Under the pieces are notes generated by a model. The model had not been told where the DNA came from. It searched no databases and saw only the letters and a program-made list of their open reading frames with translations. Source: an uncultured Acidobacteriota bacterium (GTDB taxonomy: Bacteria > Acidobacteriota > JAQAZP01). Taken from it: a stretch of 64,000 bases of DNA. Location: positions 1,664,001-1,728,000 of the forward strand of contig CAWIIB010000009.1 of assembly GCA_963836075.1 (NCBI GenBank). The letters run 5' to 3'. Numbering within the stretch: the stretch's first letter is position 1; the number at the start of each line of letters is the position of its first letter. Both the position numbers and the translations under genes were made by a program. Below, piece by piece: positions 57,350 through 64,000 of this stretch.

Positions 57350-59440
57350 TCAGATTTTCACGGTCTTTTTATACATCCCGCCGATGACGCCGCCGAGGCA
57401 GGCCCTGGTGGTCATGAAGTCGCCGGAGTGGCGGGCCTGGACATCCAGTGCTTCGGCCAGCGGCACCGAGGTGGAACCCTTGATGTTGGCCAGGATCGCT
57501 TCGCGGCCGGCCTCCATCCCCGGGTCACCGGCCGGGCTCAGCTGGGGCACCATGTCGGCCACGCCCTGGAGCGCCCCGTCGGCGAACTCCTGTGGCGGCA
57601 GGCCGCCATCGGTGCCCGAGGCCGTCTTCCAGGCCACGGCGATGGCCTCCTCCAGCGGCCCGGCAAAGTCCACCAACCAGCCCAGGGCCTTGGGTGCCCG
57701 CACCGCCCGCCCTTCCAGGAGGAAGGAGAGCAGCCGCGGCCAGTGTTCCTTGGCCGCCCGGCGGAAGGGCCAGTGGCAGCCCTCCATGCCCGGCACCACC
57801 GGCAGGGTCACTTCCGGCATGCCCACAGAGGCATCGTCCACGGCCACCAGGTGGTGACAGTGCATCAGCAGTTCAAGCATTCCGCCCAGGGCGCGCTTGC
57901 CGTTGACAAAGCCCACCGACACGGCGAACTCGCTGCGCAGCCGGCGGGCGGTTTCGGACCAGCCCTTTGCAATGGCCACGCCCATCTCGGCGTCCTCGAG
58001 GGCGGGGAAGAAGTCGCCGGTGTCGGCGCCGGTGAGCTGGGTGGTGAGGTGGAAGTCGCCGGTGACGATCACCCGCTCGATCCCCTCGCTCTTCAGCCAG
58101 TCGATGGCGCGGCTCATCTCGGCATTGACGTCGCTATTGTATGCCTCGCGGCCGATGCTGATCACGCCCACCGTGCCGTCGTGCTCGGCATTGACGTAGA
58201 GCTGCTGCCACTCGGGCGAACCGATGGCGTCAAAGGCCTCGGGGTGCCAGGCGCCGCCCGCCGCCTCGGGGTGCAGCTGGTGATACTGCTCGACGAGAGC
58301 CCGGGATGCGTCGGCGCCGCGGGCCCGGATCACCGCCGGCAGGCCGCGGGTGAACTGGGCACAGAGCTCGCCGATGGCGTTCATGGTGGCCAGGTGCGAC
58401 CGTTTCTCGTGGACCATCAGGCTGGTCATCTGGAACATCGGTCCCAAGAGGCGGGTCTCGAACTCCTGGTTCTCCTCATCGCTCAGCGCCCAGTCCACCA
58501 GCGGGCGGAAGTGGTTCAGCGGGTACCAGTTCTGTCCGCTGATCCGCTTCTCGTTCAAAACGTCGCTGGGGGTGAACAGGTCGCCGTAGTGCTGGCTCAG
58601 GTGGTGCAGGCAGCTCCAGGTGAGGAAGTTGGCCCCGGCGGCACCGATGGCGTCGTGGGCCCGGAAGGGGTTGGGGCCGATGAGACGGCGGACGAACTTG
58701 TCGATCTTCCAGTAGGGCATGTTGCTCGCCTCGTGGTAGCGCGAGGCGGCCAGGGTCAGCCCGCAGAAGAAGACGTCGAGCACGAAGGCCCAGTCGTCGC
58801 TGACCATCATCGGGATCAGGCCCAGGGCCCAGAGCAGCTGGGTTACCGACGAGGGCTCGTTCTCCACGATCTCGTAGATCTTGTTGATCTCGTGGGGGAA
58901 GGCCGGGTGGGCGATGCCCACGCCCAGCTGCGACTGGGGAAAGCCCGAGGTGACCGAGCGGATTTCGATCCCGGGAAACGTTTTGGTGAAGATGTCGAAG
59001 TGCGCCTTCTTGATCTCGAGGATTTCGGGGATCGCTTCCAGCAGGAAGCGCGGATTGAAGTCCTTGAGGCGTGGGGGCAGGCTCTTGCCGTCGTAGGAGA
59101 ACTGCACCACGTTGGACATCACATTGGCTGCGCCATCCGCGCCGAAGGCGCGCACCAGGCCTGGGTACTGCTGGCCGATGCCGTCGGGCACGCCGGGGAA
59201 GTCGAGGGCCACGATGGGGATGCCAAAGGGCTCGAGACGGGAGCCCAGCTGCATCACCTTGCCGGCGCCGACGATGCCGTTGGCCCCGGAGACCACCAGG
59301 GCCCCCCGCCGGCCGGCCGGGCCGAAGACCTTGTCCACCAGTTCGCCGGTGTTGGCCGGCAGCTTGCCGCTGGCAAAGATGTCGATCACGTTTCCCAGGC
59401 CGAGGGTGCTGAGCGTTGAAGGCCTCATTGCGTTCTTCAT
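57350..59440 (-). CDS. 3-hydroxyacyl-CoA dehydrogenase-like / enoyl-CoA hydratase fusion protein
   Basis: N-terminal Rossmann 'GANGIVGAG' and 'LEAIPEILEIK'. C-terminal crotonase motifs 'GAD', 'VNGKRALGGMLEL' and 'GMPEVTLPVVPG'. Confidence 0.8.
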   Translation of the reverse strand: MKNAMRPSTLSTLGLGNVIDIFASGKLPANTGELVDKVFGPAGRRGALVVSGANGIVGAGKVMQLGSRLEPFGIPIVALDFPGVPDGIGQQYPGLVRAFGADGAANVMSNVVQFSYDGKSLPPRLKDFNPRFLLEAIPEILEIKKAHFDIFTKTFPGIEIRSVTSGFPQSQLGVGIAHPAFPHEINKIYEIVENEPSSVTQLLWALGLIPMMVSDDWAFVLDVFFCGLTLAASRYHEASNMPYWKIDKFVRRLIGPNPFRAHDAIGAAGANFLTWSCLHHLSQHYGDLFTPSDVLNEKRISGQNWYPLNHFRPLVDWALSDEENQEFETRLLGPMFQMTSLMVHEKRSHLATMNAIGELCAQFTRGLPAVIRARGADASRALVEQYHQLHPEAAGGAWHPEAFDAIGSPEWQQLYVNAEHDGTVGVISIGREAYNSDVNAEMSRAIDWLKSEGIERVIVTGDFHLTTQLTGADTGDFFPALEDAEMGVAIAKGWSETARRLRSEFAVSVGFVNGKRALGGMLELLMHCHHLVAVDDASVGMPEVTLPVVPGMEGCHWPFRRAAKEHWPRLLSFLLEGRAVRAPKALGWLVDFAGPLEEAIAVAWKTASGTDGGLPPQEFADGALQGVADMVPQLSPAGDPGMEAGREAILANIKGSTSVPLAEALDVQARHSGDFMTTRACLGGVIGGMYKKTVKI

Positions 59441-59455
59441 GGTCTGACCTCCTCC

Positions 59456-60652
59456 TCAGGAAACCTGGAAAATGGCTGCGATACCCACGTCGCCGGCGGC
59501 GCAACCGTAGATCAGCACGTAGCCGCCGCCGAGGTCCACCGCCTCTTCCAGCGCCTCGATCAGGGTGCGGGTGAGGGTGGGCCCCTGTGGGTGCCCGTAG
59601 ACCAGCGAGCAGCCGTTGTTGTTCATGTTGGTCCAGTCGCAGTCGATGATCCGGGCAAAGATGGCGTCATTGACTGCGAAGGGGTTGTGGCTCTTGACCA
59701 CCGCCATGTCCTCGAACTTCAGCCCCACGCGGTCGAACAGCTTCTTCACCGCCAGCCCCGGCGCTTCGGGCATCAGGCCGGCTACGGTCCTCAGCTCGAT
59801 CTTGGCCACCAGCCCGATCTTCACCTCGGGCTTGGGGCTCAGTTCGCGGGCTTTCTCCTCGGTGGTCATCAGCAGGCAGGCCATGCCGTCGCCGGCGTGG
59901 GTCTGGCTGCCGCCGGTGACACAGGTGTCCAACTCGCGCTGGGCGGCCAGCGAACCGGCGGAGATGCGCCGCACGCCCACATCCGAGTCGACACGGCCGA
60001 GGAAACGGCCCTGGATGTTGAGCACGTCCAGCGGCACCAGGTAGCGGTCGTGGAAGCCGGAGTCCTTCCCCTCGAAATACTGCTCGTAGCGGCGCAGGGT
60101 GATCTCGTTGACCTCCTTCAGCTCGATCTTGTATTTGCGGGCAGCGGTGCCGGCGGTGGCGATCATCGCCCCGCCGGTGGCCGGGTCGAAACCGAAGTTG
60201 TCCCAGACGTCGGCCAGGGCCATGGTCCGCTCGTAGGCCCGCCGTTCGGGGAAGACGCCCACCGGCGAGTCGCTGGCCCGGTCAAAGGTCAGCACGCCCA
60301 CGGTGTCGTAGGCCCCGCCCTCGATCTCGGCGGCGGCGAGGACCACCGACTGCAGGCCGGTGGCGCAGGCCTGCTCCATGTGGAAGCCGGGCACCCGGTG
60401 GCCCATGCAGGAGGAGACCAGCGGTGCGGTCCAGAACTTCCAGTGCCAGGGGATGGTGGAGCCGATCACCAGGTAGTCGAGGGTCGATGCCGGCACCTTG
60501 CGCAGGCCGAGGATGCGGTTCATCGCCTCGCCGGCGAACTGGCCGATGTTCACCTCGGCCAGCGCCGAGGTCTGCCAGGCGGGGAAGTAGCTGCTGCCCC
60601 ACGTGCCGTAGGGAATCCGCGCCCGGGGGAAGAGGGTGATGTCAGTCTTCAT
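59456..60652 (-). CDS. Thiolase family protein
   Basis: 'EQACATG', 'GDGMA', 'NNNG.SL.YGHPQG' and 'GCAAGDVG'. Confidence 0.88.
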   Translation of the reverse strand: MKTDITLFPRARIPYGTWGSSYFPAWQTSALAEVNIGQFAGEAMNRILGLRKVPASTLDYLVIGSTIPWHWKFWTAPLVSSCMGHRVPGFHMEQACATGLQSVVLAAAEIEGGAYDTVGVLTFDRASDSPVGVFPERRAYERTMALADVWDNFGFDPATGGAMIATAGTAARKYKIELKEVNEITLRRYEQYFEGKDSGFHDRYLVPLDVLNIQGRFLGRVDSDVGVRRISAGSLAAQRELDTCVTGGSQTHAGDGMACLLMTTEEKARELSPKPEVKIGLVAKIELRTVAGLMPEAPGLAVKKLFDRVGLKFEDMAVVKSHNPFAVNDAIFARIIDCDWTNMNNNGCSLVYGHPQGPTLTRTLIEALEEAVDLGGGYVLIYGCAAGDVGIAAIFQVS

Positions 60653-60689
60653 GAAAACCTCCGGAAATCACTGCTGAATATCCCGCCCC

Positions 60690-61637
60690 CTACACCTCGA
60701 GGAGCGTGTCCGAGCTCTTGATCACGTATTCACTGAAGTCGCGCTGGCCGACGATCTTCCAACCGTCCCACTCGTAGAAGCCCTTGCCGGTCTTCACCCC
60801 CATCTCGTTGTTCTTGAACATCCGGGTCAGGATGGCCGGCGGGTAGTAGCGCGGGTCCTGGGTGGCCATGTACATCGCCACCGCCACGCGATACATGGTG
60901 TCCGAGCCGATGAAGTCGTGGAGCTTGAACACCCCCTGGGGGTGGCCCAGGCTGCCCAGCAGACCCGAGTCGCCGTCCTCCACGGTGATCTCGCCCCGCT
61001 CCAGGGCGCGGTAGGCTTCCAGCATGAAGGGCACCAGGTGCTTGTTGACCCAGAAGCCGGTGACGTCGCTGGCCACGAAGGGGTTCTTGCCCAGGCCGCG
61101 CAGGGCCTCGAGGGTCAGGTCGAGGGCGGCCTTGTCGACCTCGCGGTGCCGTACCACCTCGACGGCCGGCATCTGGTAGACCGGGTTCATGCCGTGGGTG
61201 CCGACAAAGTTGCCCACCCGGCCCGAAGCCACCGCCATGGTGTGCACCGAGAGGGACGAGGTGTTGGTCCAGATCAGGGCATCTGCGGGCAGCGCCGGGC
61301 AGATCTTGTTCAGCACCTGGCATTTGAGGGCCAGGTCCTCGAGGATCACCTCCAGCAGCACGTGGGTGGAACCGAGCTCGGTGAGGAAGTCTTCCTCGCT
61401 GGTGATCACCTTGAAACGGGTGGCCGCCTCGGCGGCGAAGTTCTCGTCCTCGGCGTGGCGTTTCTTGCCGATCCAGCCCAGGGCCTTGCCCAGGGCCTTG
61501 TTTGCCTTTTCACCCGCTTCCGGCGCCACGTCGTATCCCACCACACGGTAGCCCCCCTCCAGCAGGTTGGCCACCCAGTCCACACCCATCTTGCCCAGAC
61601 CGATGACGGCGAATTGCTTTATGTCGGATAATTGCAT
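60690..61637 (-). CDS. 3-hydroxyacyl-CoA dehydrogenase family protein
   Basis: 'GLGKMG', 'EVILEDLALK', 'NTSSLS', 'GTHGMNP', 'GFWVN' and 'GVKTGKGFY'. Confidence 0.9.
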   Translation of the reverse strand: MQLSDIKQFAVIGLGKMGVDWVANLLEGGYRVVGYDVAPEAGEKANKALGKALGWIGKKRHAEDENFAAEAATRFKVITSEEDFLTELGSTHVLLEVILEDLALKCQVLNKICPALPADALIWTNTSSLSVHTMAVASGRVGNFVGTHGMNPVYQMPAVEVVRHREVDKAALDLTLEALRGLGKNPFVASDVTGFWVNKHLVPFMLEAYRALERGEITVEDGDSGLLGSLGHPQGVFKLHDFIGSDTMYRVAVAMYMATQDPRYYPPAILTRMFKNNEMGVKTGKGFYEWDGWKIVGQRDFSEYVIKSSDTLLEV

Positions 61638-61767
61638 GGCAGTGTCCCTCTCTCTGGTCAGGGCCGCTGGACGGCCCGAAACTCTGGTCAGTGGGGTAAG
61701 CCCTGACTCCTCAAGAGGTTCCGAAGTGGGGCGTGTCGAAATGTCCTCTTCAGCAGCCCGGGCAGGA

Positions 61768-61797
61768 TGACAGAAGTCCTGTCAGCCATGATATACT
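61768..61797 (+). promoter_or_regulatory. Extended -10 promoter with a palindromic operator in the divergent intergenic region
   Basis: TG-A-TATACT at 61789-61797. TGACAG-N5-CTGTCA at 61768-61784. Confidence 0.4.
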
Positions 61798-61970
61798 CTG
61801 CTCACGACAAGTTCAATGTTTCCACCTCGTGCGGGACTGCTCCCACGGGGACATATCCGGCCCTTTCAGACTGAATGTGCCCCCAAAGAGGGATGAGACC
61901 GCACCGGTTGGATTGGTGTGGAACCCGGCCCTCAGAGCCGGGATGTGCCGTGACCCACGGAGAGGTAAAC

Positions 61971-63221
61971 ATGAGTCAGGAGAAGAAGCCCTCGTTGATC
62001 AAAAAGATCGCTGCGTCCGGTCCCATGCGCCAGCTGATGGCCGACTATTTCAAGGAACTGGACGATGCCGCCACCACCGGCAGCGGGAAGGTGGCCTGGT
62101 GCACCAGCGTCGGTCCGGCCGAGCTGCTGCGCTCCTTCGGCTTCAAGGTCTACTTCCCCGAGAACCACGGCGCGGTGCTGGGCTCGTCCCGGATGGCTGC
62201 TGACCTGATCCCCGCGGCCAACGCGGTGGGCTACTCCCCCGACATCTGCTCCTACCTCACTTCAGACGTGGGGTCCTATCTGAAGAAGATGACCCCGCTG
62301 ACCAAGGCCTTCGGCATGGCCGGTGTCCCCAAGGCCGACGTGCTGGTCTACAACACCAACCAGTGCCGCGACGTCCAGGACTGGCTCGCTTTCTACCAGA
62401 AGGAGTGGGATGTGCCGCTGATCGGAATCGACACGCCCCGCGGTGTGGGTGACATTACCGACGACCACCTGAGCAGCCTGATCGGGCTGCACAAGGCGCT
62501 GATCCCCACGCTGGAGGAAGTGTCCGGCGTGAAGTTCGACATCGACCGCCTGCGCGAGGTGGTGGCCTCTTCGTATCGCTGCACCCTGCTCTGGAAAAAG
62601 GTGCTCCGCGCGGCCGAGTCCAAGCCCTCACCCATCACCTTCTTCGACGCCACGATCCACATGGGCCCGGCGGTGGTGCTGCGCGGCGATCCGCGGGCCG
62701 AGGAGTACTACGAGATCCTCATCGCCGAGCTGGAGCAGCGGATCGCCGACGGCGTGGGCGCGGTGGACGATGAGGCCCAGCGGTTCTACTGGGAGGGGAT
62801 GCCGGTCTGGGGCAAGCTCCGCGAACACGCCGAGTTCTTCGGCGGCCAGAAAGCTTGCGTCACCGCGTCCACCTACTGCAACTCCTGGATCTTCGAGCCC
62901 CTGGGACACGACGACCCCTTCGAGGGCATGGCCCGGGCCTACACCGAGCTGTTCATCGTCCGCTCCGAGGTGTTCAAGGAAAAGTATCTCGAGGGGATGA
63001 TCAACGACTACGCCATCGACGGCATCATCTACCACGACTGCAAGACCTGCCCCAACAATACCAACAGCAGCTACGGCATGCCGCTCCGCCTCACTGAAAA
63101 GCTCGGCACTCCGTACGTGGTGATCAACGGCGACCTCAACGACCTGCGCCTCTACTCCGACGAGCAGGCCAAGACCCAGTTCGAGGCGCTGGTGGAGCAG
63201 ATCAAGGAGAAAGCAGTTTAG
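61971..63221 (+). CDS. 2-hydroxyacyl-CoA dehydratase / benzoyl-CoA reductase-type subunit (HgdAB/FldBC/BcrBC family)
   Basis: GGAGAGG RBS. 'PAELL', 'PENHGA', 'GYSPDICSY', 'NQC' and 'DGIIYH..KTC'. Confidence 0.85.
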   Translation: MSQEKKPSLIKKIAASGPMRQLMADYFKELDDAATTGSGKVAWCTSVGPAELLRSFGFKVYFPENHGAVLGSSRMAADLIPAANAVGYSPDICSYLTSDVGSYLKKMTPLTKAFGMAGVPKADVLVYNTNQCRDVQDWLAFYQKEWDVPLIGIDTPRGVGDITDDHLSSLIGLHKALIPTLEEVSGVKFDIDRLREVVASSYRCTLLWKKVLRAAESKPSPITFFDATIHMGPAVVLRGDPRAEEYYEILIAELEQRIADGVGAVDDEAQRFYWEGMPVWGKLREHAEFFGGQKACVTASTYCNSWIFEPLGHDDPFEGMARAYTELFIVRSEVFKEKYLEGMINDYAIDGIIYHDCKTCPNNTNSSYGMPLRLTEKLGTPYVVINGDLNDLRLYSDEQAKTQFEALVEQIKEKAV

Positions 63222-63230
63222 AGGTCCGGG

Positions 63231-63337
63231 GCCGGGGACGTACATGAATATATGAATTTTTTTCGACCTGGGGTTGGAGAAGAACATAAAATTCATATAT
63301 TCATGTACGTCCCCGGCATCCCGGCATCCCGGCATCC
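63231..63337. repeat. Perfect 30-bp inverted repeat followed by a 3x 8-bp tandem repeat
   Basis: GCCGGGGACGTACATGAATATATGAATTTT (63231-63260) and its exact reverse complement (63288-63317). (CCCGGCAT)x3 starts at 63312. Confidence 0.85.
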
Positions 63338-63369
63338 GTCATTCGATGCAGAGGAGACCACACCGGCAC

Positions 63370-64000
63370 ATGACATCCCCCCACTTTTTTTGCGGCGTCG
63401 ACGTCGGCGCCTCGGCCACCAAGCTGGTGCTCATCGACGAGGACAAGAATCCCCTTGCCCGTGTGGCCACACCGTCAGGAGTCGATTACGCCGCCACCGC
63501 CAAGAGCTGTCTCGAACGGGCCATGGCCGAAGCCGGCCTGGTAGACAACCCCGCCCGCACCGTTTCCACCGGCTACGGCCGGCACAACGTCGACTTCGCC
63601 GATGACGCCCTGACCGAGATTCATTGCCATGGCCTGGGGTGCTATCATTTCCTCCCTCACGCCCTCTCGATCATCGATATTGGCGGCCAGGACAACAAGG
63701 TCATCCGGCTGAATGACAGCGGCGGGCGGATCAACTTCAAGATGAACCGGAAGTGCGCGGCGGGCACCGGGGCCTTTATCGAGGAGATCGCTCTCCGTCT
63801 CGACGTGCCGGTGGGCGATATGGACCTGCTGGCCCGCCAGGCGAAAGAAGCGGTGACCCTGAGTAGCTTCTGCACCGTCTTTGCCAAGACCGAGATCCTG
63901 GCCCACCTGCGCAAGGGCGTGCCGGTGGGCGGCATCGTTCGCGGGGCCTTCCGCTCGGTGGTGGACCGGGTGGTGGAGATGGACACCCTTGACGGCGAGG
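63370..64000 (+). CDS. Acyl-CoA dehydratase activase (HgdC/BcrAD/BadFG ASKHA ATPase), truncated by the window end
   Basis: Manual translation: MTSPHFFCGVDVGASATK...STGYGR...TEIHCH...IDIGGQDNK...MNRKCAAGTGAF...SSFCTVFAKTE. Confidence 0.88.
   Translation, partial: MTSPHFFCGVDVGASATKLVLIDEDKNPLARVATPSGVDYAATAKSCLERAMAEAGLVDNPARTVSTGYGRHNVDFADDALTEIHCHGLGCYHFLPHALSIIDIGGQDNKVIRLNDSGGRINFKMNRKCAAGTGAFIEEIALRLDVPVGDMDLLARQAKEAVTLSSFCTVFAKTEILAHLRKGVPVGGIVRGAFRSVVDRVVEMDTLDGE

Noticed and set aside
57137-59419. 760-aa plus-strand ORF (and similar long overlapping ORFs such as 21533..23416 and 793..2145)
   Set aside because: Antisense or alternative-frame shadows of well-supported genes, with low-information composition.

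Overview
GC-rich bacterial window with four blocks. (1) 0.9-25.1 kb is an extracellular-electron-transfer (EET) island. It holds a NrfD/NrfC/tetraheme quinol-interacting module, a 13-heme ImcH/NapC-like membrane cytochrome and a sigma54 activator. A sigma54-type promoter sits upstream of a hexaheme OmcS-type nanowire cytochrome, followed by a companion operon (beta-barrel, two CsgG/DUF799-like proteins, a parvulin PPIase, 26- and 16-heme cytochromes, two NHL beta-propellers), a tetraheme cytochrome c3 and a System II (Ccs) maturation operon. About 69 heme-binding motifs were counted by eye. (2) 25.3-29.1 kb is a large secreted beta-propeller/FG-GAP protein. (3) 29.3-57.1 kb is a co-oriented Wzx/Wzy polysaccharide locus with five sulfotransferases. 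It runs directly into a lasso-peptide-type RiPP cluster (nucleotidyltransferase, cyclase, precursor, HPr-kinase-like, ABC exporter, B2, B1/PqqD) that carries three tandem paralogous secreted proteins of unknown family. (4) 57.3-64 kb encodes acyl-CoA metabolism genes (HADH-ECH fusion, thiolase, HADH, 2-hydroxyacyl-CoA dehydratase-type subunit and activase), with two related GGGGAC-terminated palindromic elements. Several genes are split by single-base indels that look like long-read errors. No rRNA, tRNA, CRISPR array or transposase was seen. All family assignments come from motif recognition only; no searches were run.
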